A stretch of 64,000 nucleotides of DNA, taken from Verrucomicrobiaceae bacterium (lineage in GTDB: Bacteria; Verrucomicrobiota; Verrucomicrobiia; Verrucomicrobiales; Akkermansiaceae). Under the pieces are notes generated by a model. It made no database searches, was not told the DNA's origin, and saw nothing but the letters and a program-made list of their open reading frames with translations. The first letter of the stretch is position 1, and every line of letters begins with the position of its first letter. The stretch spans positions 448,001 through 512,000 of the forward strand of contig JBPOGH010000001.1 in NCBI GenBank assembly GCA_051252135.1. The letters run 5' to 3'. The position numbers and the translations under genes are program-made. Shown piece by piece: positions 9,669 to 19,408 of this stretch.

Positions 9669-10478
9669 ATGCAAACTTACCTCGACCTCCTCCGCGACGT
9701 TCTCGATAACGGAGAAGAACGGGGTGACCGAACCGGGACCGGAACCCTGAGCGTCTTCGGCCGTCAAGCCCGCTATGACCTCCGCAAAGGCTTCCCCTGC
9801 CTTACCACCAAAAAACTCCACCTCCGGTCCATCATTCACGAACTCCTCTGGTTTCTGAAGGGTGACACCAACATCGCTTACCTCAGGGAGCACAAGGTTC
9901 GCATCTGGGACGAATGGGCGGATGAAAATGGCGACCTCGGCCCCGTCTACGGACAACAATGGCGATCTTGGCCAACCACATCCGGAGACTCAATCGACCA
10001 GATTAAACGGCTCGTCGATGACCTCAAAAACAAGCCCACCTCACGACGCCACATCGTCTCAGCGTGGAATGTTGGAAAGGTCGACGAAATGGCGCTCCCG
10101 CCCTGCCACCTCCTCTTCCAGTTTTACGTCCACGATCCCGAATCCGAACGCCCGGGCCTCAGCTGCCAACTTTACCAACGGAGCGCCGACCTGTTCCTGG
10201 GAGTTCCATTCAATATCGCTTCCTACGCCCTCCTCACCATGATGATCGCCCAAGTCTGCGGTTTTGAAGCGCGGGATTTCGTCCATACCTTTGGCGACCT
10301 GCACCTCTACTCCAATCACCTCGATCAGGCGAACGAGCAACTCTCCCGCGCCCCCTTTCCACTGCCCACGATGAAAATCAATCCGGAGATCGATGACATT
10401 GACTCCTTCAGTTTTGACGACTTTGAGCTGGTCGGCTATCAAGCCCATCCGCACATTAAAGCCACTGTCGCTGTATGA
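9669..10478 (+). CDS. thyA: Thymidylate synthase
   Basis: DRTGTGT, IWDEWAD, LGPVYG, ALPPCH, QRSAD and PFNIASY motifs. Confidence 0.98.
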   Translation: MQTYLDLLRDVLDNGEERGDRTGTGTLSVFGRQARYDLRKGFPCLTTKKLHLRSIIHELLWFLKGDTNIAYLREHKVRIWDEWADENGDLGPVYGQQWRSWPTTSGDSIDQIKRLVDDLKNKPTSRRHIVSAWNVGKVDEMALPPCHLLFQFYVHDPESERPGLSCQLYQRSADLFLGVPFNIASYALLTMMIAQVCGFEARDFVHTFGDLHLYSNHLDQANEQLSRAPFPLPTMKINPEIDDIDSFSFDDFELVGYQAHPHIKATVAV

Positions 10479-10936
10479 TACTTACTGGAATCGTTGCCAT
10501 GACACCCGAGCGCGTCATCGGAAGAAACGGAGACCTCCCCTGGAGCATTCCCGATGATTTGAAATTCTTCAAAAAACAAACCTCGGGACACCCCATCGTC
10601 ATGGGGCGAAAGACCTTCGAATCCATCGGGCGTCCGCTTCCAAAGCGGGAAAATATCGTCATCACCAGTGACCCTGCTTGGCATCATGACGGAGTCGAGG
10701 CAATCCATCATCCTCGCGATCTGAATGATCAAAATCTCGTCAACCAACGAGTCTACATCATCGGCGGCTCCCAGGTTTATCGCTTCTTCCTTCCAATGAT
10801 GACAGACCTTATCATCACCCACATCAACGAGTCATACGAGGGAGACACCTACTTCCCCGAATATGACAAGGAGTTCCCTAAAAACGAACTCATCTGGGAA
10901 CAGAAAGAATTTACCATCAAACGTCACTTTCGCTAA
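10475..10936 (+). CDS. folA: Dihydrofolate reductase
   Basis: [28 protein letters not shown] and GDTYFP motifs; ATGA overlap with thyA. Confidence 0.96.
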   Translation: MILTGIVAMTPERVIGRNGDLPWSIPDDLKFFKKQTSGHPIVMGRKTFESIGRPLPKRENIVITSDPAWHHDGVEAIHHPRDLNDQNLVNQRVYIIGGSQVYRFFLPMMTDLIITHINESYEGDTYFPEYDKEFPKNELIWEQKEFTIKRHFR

Positions 10937-10950
10937 AACCAAGAACAATC

Positions 10951-11337
10951 ATGGCCAACTCATTCGAACTAACCGGAACCCTCAAGGTTCTTGAAGACAC
11001 CCAAACTTTTGCCAGTGGATTCGCTAAACGTGAATTCGTCATCGAAGTCCCCGACGGACAATATCCTCAAATGGTCAAGTTTGAGTGCGTTCGGGACAAG
11101 ATCGACCAACTGAATACCCTCAACATCGGAGACACTCTCAAGGTCACCTTCGATATCCGGGGTAACGAATACAAGGGACGCTACTACGTAAACCTGAACG
11201 CCTGGAAAATTCAGTCCGAGGGCGGGGGCTCCGCTCAACCATCTGCCCCTGCCGCAGCCGACGAACCTCCGGCCTCCGCGTTTGACAATAACTTCGACAG
11301 CGAATCCGAAGCGACTGAGGACGACATCCCGTTTTAA
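10951..11337 (+). CDS. DUF3127 family OB-fold protein with SSB-like acidic tail
   Basis: F-x-KREFVI, YPQ-x-VKFE, FDIRGNEY and NLNAWKI motifs; ends DDIPF. Confidence 0.85.
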   Translation: MANSFELTGTLKVLEDTQTFASGFAKREFVIEVPDGQYPQMVKFECVRDKIDQLNTLNIGDTLKVTFDIRGNEYKGRYYVNLNAWKIQSEGGGSAQPSAPAAADEPPASAFDNNFDSESEATEDDIPF

Positions 11338-11363
11338 GAGATTCATCCTCAAATTCTCTCCAT

Positions 11364-11395
11364 ACCCCGGTAAGCACAGCTTCCCGGGGTTTTTT
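11364..11395 (+). terminator. Rho-independent terminator after the DUF3127 gene
   Basis: ACCCCGG-TAAGC-ACA-GCTTC-CCGGGGT followed by a T-tract. Confidence 0.8.
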
Positions 11396-11404
11396 GGAGC
11401 CCAC

Positions 11405-11440
11405 AAAAAACCCCTTCCGACATTGGTCCGGAAGAGGTTT
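11405..11440 (-). terminator. Rho-independent terminator after the SNF2 gene
   Basis: Plus strand AAAAAACCCCTTCCG...CGGAAGAGGTTT; the U-tract is on the minus strand. Confidence 0.7.
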
Positions 11441-11459
11441 CGAAAGTTAAGTGGGGCTC

Positions 11460-14400
11460 CTACTTTTTGGGCTCCTTCTTGGTCGCCTTTTTAGCGGCCT
11501 TTTTGGTCGCTTTCTTGGCAATTTTCTTTGCCGGAGCCACTGTTCTTTTGATGGCTTCGACCTCGATCGCATCAACCACACTGGGCCGATCTTTAGGCGG
11601 AGGCGGAGGAGTCAAATCCTCGTCATCACTTCCACCATGGCTCAGAATAAACTGAAGGTCCTCAACTCCCAGATTGGAGGCAAATCCCTCGTCGCCCAAA
11701 ATATTGGTCACCAATGCCGTCTTCTGGTGCTGCAGAATCCTAATCTTCTCCTCCACCGAATCACGGGTCAGGAGACGATAAGCGATGACCTTATTCTTCT
11801 GACCAATTCGGTGCGTCCGGTCGATTGCCTGATTCTCCACTGCGGGGTTCCACCATGGATCATAAAGAATGACGTAAGACGCCGATGTGAGGTTCAGACC
11901 AGCTCCACCTGCTTTGAGGGAAAGCAGAAAGACCGAAGGATCCTTGGTCGTCTGGAACTTCTCAATCTCTCCTTTCCGGTCCTTTGTCTGACCGGTGAGG
12001 TAATTGAACGGGCGACTCTCCACCTCCAGACGCGTCTTGATAATATCAAGCATCGAGACGAACTGGGAGAAAACGAGCACCTTGTGGTTTTCCTCGCGAA
12101 GTTGGTCGAGCAAGTAAAAGAGCGCATTCATCTTGGCGCTTTCCTCTTTCAACCACTTCGGATCGATCAAACCGGGGTGACAACAAATCTGACGCAAACG
12201 CATCAAGCCCTGAAGAATCGCAAAGGAATTCTTCTTCACCGCCTCGTCGGAATCGAGTCCCAAAAGGGCCTTTTGAATTCTCTTGAGCTCGGCTTTGTAG
12301 AGTTCCTCCTGGATACCCTCCATACCTGCAAACACTTCTTCCTCAGTACGGGGCGGAAGGTCTTTCGCCACTTGCGATTTGGTCCGTCGTAGCAGAAATG
12401 GTCGAAGTCGCGCCGCAAGGCGTGCCTGACTGGTGGGATCCTTCCGCTTGTCAAAGCGGCGTTTGAAATAGGCTCGTGTTCCAAGAACACCGGGCATTGC
12501 GAATGCCATCAAAGACCACATGTCCATCAAACGGTTCTCAATTGGAGTACCGGTAAGAACCAAACGGTTCTCGGCATCCAATTCACGGGCACATTTTGCA
12601 GCCTTCGAATCAGGGTTCTTGATTTGCTGTCCCTCATCAAGAATCACAGTCAACCAGCGGACCTTGTTCAATTGATCGCCACACACCCGAAGCTGCGCGT
12701 AGTTAAGCACCAGGATATCAAGAACCTCTTCCACCTCTTTGAGATCAAGGTCGTCGCGGGTTCTCAGAACCTTCACTTTCAGTTCTGGCGCGAATTTCCC
12801 CGCTTCGGTCGCCCACACGTCCAAAACGGACTTCGGACAAACCACAAGCGCAGGTCCAAGCTTTTTCTTACTCTTCGTGTTTTTATGGGCGTATTCGCGA
12901 AGCCACAAAAGATAGGTGATACTCTGAATCGTCTTACCCAGTCCCATGTCATCAGCCAGGATTCCTCCAAAGCCATTGGTCGCAAGATAGGCCAAAAACT
13001 GGTATCCCTCCACCTGATACGGACGCAAAGTCGCATTCAACTCGGCAGGGACGTCGGGAGTCACATCAATCTTGATTTCCCGCGCACGGTCTTTGATTCG
13101 CTTCCAGGCTTTGGGATCGAATACTTCGGCCGCCTTTGGGTCAGCCAACTGCATTGCATGCATCCGGTGCGTTTCACCGGTAAGATCGAAGGGATCCAGA
13201 CCCAAACGAGTCACCGCATCCCGCTGATCGGGGTCGAGCTTGATCTCCAGACGCATCCAGGAACCGTCATCCATACGCACATATCCGCCCCGGGCTGCCA
13301 CCAACTGGCGAATCTGTGCTTTGGAAAGATTGACTCCGTCCACGTCGATCACCACCCGCAGGTCAAACCAATCGATCTCCTGATTGACAACCTCGAACCG
13401 AATTGCCGCTGAAACAGGATCGGCAAGAATGGTTTTGAGCTTTTCCTCAATGTCCAACTCAAGTGATTTGGGCATCCGACCGATCCACTCGGCAAACTTT
13501 TCAGGAAACTGCTTCGTGATCCGACCTTTGAAGGCCTCAAGCTTCTCATCGTAGGTCAAGCCCATCTCCAGCAAAAGCTCGGGAACAGGATACAGCTTTT
13601 CACGGGCAAACCTTAAAAGTGCCTTTCCTTTGACAGGTTGTTGTTCAATGAGATCCCATCCTGCTTTAATTAGCTTTTCGACTCGTCGCCCTTTCGCCTC
13701 GAAAGCTTTCACATCGACGACAAGGTGCTCGGTCTCCGCAGCAGTAAGACCCTGCTCCACCCACATCTTAAAGTTCGGATACAGATCCAGATCTGTCACC
13801 CGCTTCTTCATCGAAGTCGGAAGACTTGCCCCAATTTTTCGAAGAAATTCAACCCCTTCCAGAGAATCGATCACTGAAACAGGGATGCTGTAACGTGGCA
13901 TGATCTCTGTATCTTCAAGCCAGCGGGATGGTCCCGGAAAGACCGTTTCATCGGACTGGTAGAGTTCGGTCCGGCCGGGGAGAAGTCGAACCGAGTGCGA
14001 GACATTCTCACCGGACTTGGTCACCAGCTGCAACTCGAAGGAGTTTGGATCGGACGGATCGTCATTGCACTTCCACCTCAGAGGCTCGTTCACAACACGG
14101 AAAGGACGCTCATCGAGGTTGACCATGTATCCCTTCAATTCCTTCTGATGGAAAAGCAGGTTCATGAAACAGCACGCATCCTCATTCTCGAGGTCGAGAT
14201 AACATTCTCCGGTCTTTTCGGTGTAACGAAGGAAATGCTCCCAAAGAATCTGGGAAGCGGCGTCCATCCGCAGAGCAGAAGCATCAAAAAGCTTCAAAAT
14301 CCGTTCAATCTCCCCCTTCTCTCGAAGCGAAACCCATTCTTGGAGCTCTTCGCGGGCCTCCACCCGGGCTTCGTTGATCGTCGATACGAGACGAAACTCG

Positions 14401-15131
14401 ATTTTGTGGGGGATTTCCTGCGGTGGACGCTCATTGACACTCTCAATTCGATCATACCATGCCGCGACCTCGCGTTCCATTTCCCAGTCACGCATCCTAC
14501 GCTGGACAGCCTCCAAATCGGTAATGGCGTCCATGAAGTCCGGATACGGCAACTTCTTTTTGTAGAACGCGTAAGCGAGATAATTCCAAAACTCGAGAAT
14601 ATCACCCGGAGGCACCGGCCAAAGCTCCAACGGCTCATAACTCGCGATCTCCCACCGGGGATTAAGCCGAACCATGTCATGATCGTGAATCTCTCCTTCA
14701 ATGACGTAGCGACGATACCGCTTCTCGACTCGTGTCACGAAATCGGCCTCTTTATCGTCCAACTCCCGATCAAGCTTCTCTTCAATCAGATCAACTACCG
14801 GTGTATCGTCAAATTCGTTGGGTGACTCCGGAAGATCCTCTCCACGGTGAAGCCTTTCCAACATCGCCGCAAACATCACCGCTCCGGCCGTATCATCTTC
14901 TTCGGCGGAACAGCTTCCAAACCAACGGTTGCCCTGCAGTCTCAGGGTTGTTCTGTGGCTCGTCCCCTTTTCATCGACCCTCCCCTGGATGAACAAGTGA
15001 TTTCCGAAAATCTGCGTGACAGCACCTTCTTCTTGCAGCTCCTCGCCTCGCTGGCGCACAGCTTCCGGAAAACTATTGAGAAAATTAAGAGTCGCCCGAT
15101 CCGGGTTAAGTGCTGACATGTTGCTAGCCAT
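11460..15131 (-). CDS. SNF2/SWI2-family helicase-like ATPase
   Basis: LRPYQ, GILADDMGLGKT, ILDEGQ, LTGTPIEN, LRRTK, VLVFSQF, GLNLT and DPWWNPAVENQAIDRTHRIGQ motifs. Confidence 0.95.
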   Translation of the reverse strand: MASNMSALNPDRATLNFLNSFPEAVRQRGEELQEEGAVTQIFGNHLFIQGRVDEKGTSHRTTLRLQGNRWFGSCSAEEDDTAGAVMFAAMLERLHRGEDLPESPNEFDDTPVVDLIEEKLDRELDDKEADFVTRVEKRYRRYVIEGEIHDHDMVRLNPRWEIASYEPLELWPVPPGDILEFWNYLAYAFYKKKLPYPDFMDAITDLEAVQRRMRDWEMEREVAAWYDRIESVNERPPQEIPHKIEFRLVSTINEARVEAREELQEWVSLREKGEIERILKLFDASALRMDAASQILWEHFLRYTEKTGECYLDLENEDACCFMNLLFHQKELKGYMVNLDERPFRVVNEPLRWKCNDDPSDPNSFELQLVTKSGENVSHSVRLLPGRTELYQSDETVFPGPSRWLEDTEIMPRYSIPVSVIDSLEGVEFLRKIGASLPTSMKKRVTDLDLYPNFKMWVEQGLTAAETEHLVVDVKAFEAKGRRVEKLIKAGWDLIEQQPVKGKALLRFAREKLYPVPELLLEMGLTYDEKLEAFKGRITKQFPEKFAEWIGRMPKSLELDIEEKLKTILADPVSAAIRFEVVNQEIDWFDLRVVIDVDGVNLSKAQIRQLVAARGGYVRMDDGSWMRLEIKLDPDQRDAVTRLGLDPFDLTGETHRMHAMQLADPKAAEVFDPKAWKRIKDRAREIKIDVTPDVPAELNATLRPYQVEGYQFLAYLATNGFGGILADDMGLGKTIQSITYLLWLREYAHKNTKSKKKLGPALVVCPKSVLDVWATEAGKFAPELKVKVLRTRDDLDLKEVEEVLDILVLNYAQLRVCGDQLNKVRWLTVILDEGQQIKNPDSKAAKCARELDAENRLVLTGTPIENRLMDMWSLMAFAMPGVLGTRAYFKRRFDKRKDPTSQARLAARLRPFLLRRTKSQVAKDLPPRTEEEVFAGMEGIQEELYKAELKRIQKALLGLDSDEAVKKNSFAILQGLMRLRQICCHPGLIDPKWLKEESAKMNALFYLLDQLREENHKVLVFSQFVSMLDIIKTRLEVESRPFNYLTGQTKDRKGEIEKFQTTKDPSVFLLSLKAGGAGLNLTSASYVILYDPWWNPAVENQAIDRTHRIGQKNKVIAYRLLTRDSVEEKIRILQHQKTALVTNILGDEGFASNLGVEDLQFILSHGGSDDEDLTPPPPPKDRPSVVDAIEVEAIKRTVAPAKKIAKKATKKAAKKATKKEPKK

Positions 15132-15328
15132 GATCTGTTGTAAATAGATGTGATAAGCGTCGTCACCCCTCCTGATTCAAAGGGACCGACGACGCTGCGG
15201 TTATCCTAACAGCGGTTTTCAAAGCAATGCAATCAAAAGCAGTAAGGAATTGCAGCCCATACAGGAAAGATACTTAAGATCAATGAAAGAATCAGCCTCT
15301 AGCCACGTTATTCTCCTTGCGACAAACG

Positions 15329-16612
15329 ATGAAAATCTCCAAGCGCCACCTCCTAACCTCCAGCTTTTGGGCTGGAACTCTGGGCGTCGGAATTCTCATC
15401 GGGCATGAAATTCAGCCCCCCTCGGACCCCACTGCAAACCGGGAGATTTCCAAAAGCGACTCGAATCAACTTGGTCCAACCACCGCCCCCCTAAAACGCC
15501 CTACCAATAATCCTCGCGACATCCCACCTTCTGATCATTCTCTCCATGGCTCCCCGGAAGAGCGCCGCGAACAAGCAAAAGCGCATCTGGCCGAAATTCT
15601 CAATATCAGCAGTAGGGTCGAACGCACACGGAGTCTTCTCACCTTCATTGACCATCTCAACCCATCGGACTTTGAAAGCGTGGTTTCCGGATTCACCGAA
15701 GCAGGCTGGGTCCAATTCAATCGTTCCGAATTCTCATTCCTCCTATCCAGCTGGATGTCTCAGGATCCATTCTCCGCGCTGGATTACCTTAAAAAAAACG
15801 AAACCGACGGTTGGGCCAGACGGACTGCCATCGCCGCATGGGCATCAGAAAATCCTGCTATTGCTGCCTCGGCTATCCAGGGATTGGAGGACCAGGGCCA
15901 GGTAAACGATTGGATCGTCGGCATGGTAAAAGGAATGGCGCGTAACGATCCTTCAACCGCCCTTTCCACCCTCCTCGACTTACCCGACGGTGACACCCGC
16001 CAACAGGGAATCAAAGAGATCCTTCCGGAAGTCGCAGCTCGGGGTCCTTCCTTTGCTTCCGAATGGATCGAGATGATTGGCGACCCCAAACTTCAAGTCG
16101 ATACCGCCAAACGTCTCGGTCGTGATCTTGCCAGGCAGGATCCGGAGAGCGCTTCACTCTGGGTGGCGGGCCTAACCTCCGTTCGATCTCGCCGTGATGC
16201 CTCTGAAGTCGTTTCTGAAATCTATGCATCCCAAGATGTCGATGCGGCAATGACCTGGGTTGAAACCCTCCCCCTGGATACCGCATCAGAAGCAGCCGAG
16301 GGCGTCACCACCCACCTCACCCGCCGTGATCCGGCCGAAGCCGCACGCTGGTTGCAAAGCCTTGGTGAAAATCCTGATCTCGATGGCGCAAGAATCCGCT
16401 TCCTACGTGAAGCGACGGACATCGATCCCGAGGTTGCACTCAACAATATTCACACCCTCTCCCGATCTTCGGATCAGGAAAACTATCACCGGCATATCCT
16501 TGGTCGGTGGAAAAGGCGCAATGAAGAAGCCGCCATCAATTGGGCCATCGAAAACTCGGAGTCCCTCTCCGAGCGCGTCTTCAACTCAGTTGTCCCAAAA
16601 AACCGCCGTTAG
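15329..16612 (+). CDS. Membrane-anchored hypothetical protein with helical DP-x-AA-x-x-W repeats
   Basis: N-terminal hydrophobic anchor; repeats AWASENPAIAA, LARQDPESASLWV, YASQDVDAAMTWV, LTRRDPAEAARWL; paralog of 17148-18428. Confidence 0.8.
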   Translation: MKISKRHLLTSSFWAGTLGVGILIGHEIQPPSDPTANREISKSDSNQLGPTTAPLKRPTNNPRDIPPSDHSLHGSPEERREQAKAHLAEILNISSRVERTRSLLTFIDHLNPSDFESVVSGFTEAGWVQFNRSEFSFLLSSWMSQDPFSALDYLKKNETDGWARRTAIAAWASENPAIAASAIQGLEDQGQVNDWIVGMVKGMARNDPSTALSTLLDLPDGDTRQQGIKEILPEVAARGPSFASEWIEMIGDPKLQVDTAKRLGRDLARQDPESASLWVAGLTSVRSRRDASEVVSEIYASQDVDAAMTWVETLPLDTASEAAEGVTTHLTRRDPAEAARWLQSLGENPDLDGARIRFLREATDIDPEVALNNIHTLSRSSDQENYHRHILGRWKRRNEEAAINWAIENSESLSERVFNSVVPKNRR

Positions 16613-16620
16613 GCGTATCA

Positions 16621-17055
16621 TCAGTCACACCCGCAGCCACCGCCGCCACTGCCACCGCAGCAGCCACCGGACTGGGATTGGGCAATATCTTCTTCCGTCG
16701 GAACACGCCCAAGTTCAAGAGTCATCCCCACCTGTTTGCTCACCGCCATCTGAAGTGTCTCCAGGCTCTGCTGTGCCTGAAGAAACTCCGAAGCCACCGG
16801 ATTTGCCAAAAGTGACTCACGGGCAGTTTCAAACTCACCAATTTCGGCCTCGGACAACTCCAGACCGGCTCCTTGCTTATTGTTAAGTTCCTGTCCGCGT
16901 TCGTGGACCGACTGATAGCTGAGACGAGCCTCATCGTTGTTGAGGAAGCGCTCAACCTTTCCAAGAAGCTCCTGGTATTCAGGCTCCGCTACGATCGCCT
17001 CGCAGAGTTCGCGGGTTTTCGACATCACAGCAGAATCATTTTCGAGAATTTGCAT
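16621..17055 (-). CDS. YlbF/YmcA (Com_YlbF) family protein with Cys/Gly-rich tail
   Basis: Helical YlbF-like pattern (ELCEAI...EYQ; NPVASEFLQAQ); ends GGCCGGSGGGGCGCD. Confidence 0.8.
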   Translation of the reverse strand: MQILENDSAVMSKTRELCEAIVAEPEYQELLGKVERFLNNDEARLSYQSVHERGQELNNKQGAGLELSEAEIGEFETARESLLANPVASEFLQAQQSLETLQMAVSKQVGMTLELGRVPTEEDIAQSQSGGCCGGSGGGGCGCD

Positions 17056-17147
17056 GGGCGACCCCTACCCTCCTCTCAAATGTTCCGCAACCGCCGAATG
17101 TAAAAAATCCGTGATGCACCATGCCCCGTTTCTGCTATTTTCCGTCC

Positions 17148-18428
17148 ATGAAATCACAAACCCTCTTCTTGGGAACAGCTTGGATTCTATCCTGCGTTGC
17201 TGCCTTCTACGGGGGCCGAACCTCTCCCCGGGAAGATTTGTCCACGGATTCACTCGATCAAAAACCCACAATGGTCACTTCAACGAGAGATCGATACACC
17301 AACATCGACAAATTGAAGGGCAAACGCTCGGCAGGCGATCGCCTGACGAATGGACACGGCGGGAAGGAAAACGACCTCACTTCCCGCATCACCCAATTGA
17401 CCCAGTTGAATGACCCCATTGCCCGTATTCAAGGAATGCTCTCTTTGGTTGAAAATTTGAAGCCCGATGAATTTCAGGACCTTGTCGCATCCTTCAGAGG
17501 ACTCGATATGACCCGCGAGCGAATGAGCGAATATTCCATCCTTCTTACCGCTTGGGCAAAGATCGACCCCCTGGCCGCCCTCGATTACGCCAAGGAGAAT
17601 ACCGGAACCCCCTTCGCACGGCAGACCATTCTCGCCGCGTGGGCTCAAACACAACCCGAAGCCGCCATCAGTTGGGCCGAGCAAAATTACTCGGGAGATA
17701 GCAAGCGCGCCAACCCGTGGATCGTCGGGATTATCAACGGAATAGTATCTTCCGACCTAAACCGCGCCACCCAATTGCTCGAGGGACTCCCCTATTCCGA
17801 AGGTCGGGGTGAGGCTCTCGGCATCGTTCTCCGCGAACTGCGCCAGCAAGGAACCCTTGCCGCGCAAGATTGGATCGACGACTTAAATGACGACCAACTT
17901 CGCACCGGAGCAGCATCCCGCCTTGCCGAATCACTCGCCCAAGCCAATCCGGAAGCAGCCCTCACCTGGGTTGCATCGGTCAGCGAAGATTCCCTCCTGC
18001 GCTCATCCGGAACAATTGTTGAAGAATGGGCCCGCACAGATCCCGCCGCAGCCCGGACCTGGGTCGACTCCCAACCGAATGACACCAAAGCCGCCGCTGC
18101 TCGCGGACTTATGAGCGCAATCGCTGCCGATGATCCAAAAGGAGCCTCCCGGTGGCTTTCCCAATTTGAAGGCCAACCGGAGTTTGATCGGGCCGTGCAG
18201 TCCTTCGTCTACAACGTCGTCCAAAAAGAGCCGGAACTCGGAGCAGACTGGATCATGAAGTTGACCAATGAGCGCGAACAGGAGCGCACATTTCACCGAA
18301 TTCTGGGGACCATGTTACGGGACGATCCCCAGCGCATGATGAATTACATCCAGAACAATCCGGTCCCTGAAAGCATCGCCGGACGGGCCAAGCGCCAAAT
18401 GGAAGAAATGTCAGCACCACAACGTTAA
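17148..18428 (+). CDS. Membrane-anchored hypothetical protein with helical DP-x-AA-x-x-W repeats
   Basis: N-terminal anchor; repeats AWAKIDPLAAL, AWAQTQPEAAISWA, LAQANPEAALTWV, WARTDPAAARTWV; paralog of 15329-16612. Confidence 0.8.
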   Translation: MKSQTLFLGTAWILSCVAAFYGGRTSPREDLSTDSLDQKPTMVTSTRDRYTNIDKLKGKRSAGDRLTNGHGGKENDLTSRITQLTQLNDPIARIQGMLSLVENLKPDEFQDLVASFRGLDMTRERMSEYSILLTAWAKIDPLAALDYAKENTGTPFARQTILAAWAQTQPEAAISWAEQNYSGDSKRANPWIVGIINGIVSSDLNRATQLLEGLPYSEGRGEALGIVLRELRQQGTLAAQDWIDDLNDDQLRTGAASRLAESLAQANPEAALTWVASVSEDSLLRSSGTIVEEWARTDPAAARTWVDSQPNDTKAAAARGLMSAIAADDPKGASRWLSQFEGQPEFDRAVQSFVYNVVQKEPELGADWIMKLTNEREQERTFHRILGTMLRDDPQRMMNYIQNNPVPESIAGRAKRQMEEMSAPQR

Positions 18429-18434
18429 ATAATC

Positions 18435-19055
18435 ATGAAGAAACTCCTCCCCATTCTAACTCTGTCCCTCTTTGGTTTTGCCTCTTGCGACAACGCACCC
18501 GCCGAGGGAAAAATCAAACCTGATCAAGAACCTCCAATGACCGCTAAAACTGAAACCATCACCATTGGCACCGGCTGTTACTGGTGCACCGAAGCTATCT
18601 TCCAGCAACTCGATGGCGTTCACTCGGCCACCTCGGGATTTATGGGCGGTCACATCCCAAACCCCACCTACGAGGAAGTATGTTCCAAAACATCCGGGCA
18701 CGTGGAAGTGCTCCAACTCGTCTTCGATCCTTCCGTCATTTCCACCAAGACCATCTTAAAATGGTTCTGGAAGTCACATGACCCCACCGATGCAGGAGGT
18801 CAGGGAGCCGACCGTGGCCCCCAGTATGCCACCACTATTTTCTATCACAGCGACGAACAGAAAAAGCTTGCTGAAGAATCAATGAAAATTGCCCAGGAAG
18901 CATTTGATAAGCCCATCGCTACCAGAATCCGCAAAGCCGAAGACTTCTATCCGGCTCCCGACGACCATCAGGATTTTTACTTCAACAACAAGGCCCACGG
19001 ATATTGCCGGAACGTGATCAATCCAAAGCTCGATAAACTAAATCTGGAAAAGTAG
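18435..19055 (+). CDS. msrA: Peptide-methionine (S)-S-oxide reductase, probable lipoprotein
   Basis: GCYWCTE, NPTYEEVCS, HDPT, QGADRGPQY and HQDFY motifs; lipobox-like FASC. Confidence 0.94.
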   Translation: MKKLLPILTLSLFGFASCDNAPAEGKIKPDQEPPMTAKTETITIGTGCYWCTEAIFQQLDGVHSATSGFMGGHIPNPTYEEVCSKTSGHVEVLQLVFDPSVISTKTILKWFWKSHDPTDAGGQGADRGPQYATTIFYHSDEQKKLAEESMKIAQEAFDKPIATRIRKAEDFYPAPDDHQDFYFNNKAHGYCRNVINPKLDKLNLEK

Positions 19056-19057
19056 GC

Positions 19058-19408
19058 CTATTCCCCTTCCGGGCGTGGAGCCGGAATCGCTTCGCAGGCG
19101 TCCCTCCAGTTCGGAAAATTCCAGCGGTTGGGAAACCCTTTGCATTGTTCGGGCTTCACATTCTGCAAGCGGCAATCAGCCCCATCCAGCATGATGCATT
19201 CGGTCGTTCCCTCTTTATCAATGATTGAAAGACCGACCCGGTTCTCCCTAAGCCGCGTGTAGTCACGGACAAATTCATAAAAAGGGATCTCCAGAAACTC
19301 GGCGATTTTCTCGGTCTCTTCCTCCGTGATAACCACATCACCCTCCCACTTGCAGCAGTTGGTACAACGCTGGCATTGATACCAGACTTCCTCCCTAGCC
19401 TCGGCCAT
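19058..19408 (-). CDS. YkgJ-family cysteine cluster (CxxCxxCC) protein
   Basis: CQRCTNCC...CIML...C...KPEQCKGFP. Confidence 0.88.
   Translation of the reverse strand: MAEAREEVWYQCQRCTNCCKWEGDVVITEEETEKIAEFLEIPFYEFVRDYTRLRENRVGLSIIDKEGTTECIMLDGADCRLQNVKPEQCKGFPNRWNFPNWRDACEAIPAPRPEGE

Noticed and set aside
8397..9959. 520-aa minus-strand ORF over panB, the RF-like gene and thyA
   Set aside because: Antisense shadow of well-supported genes, with no recognisable motifs
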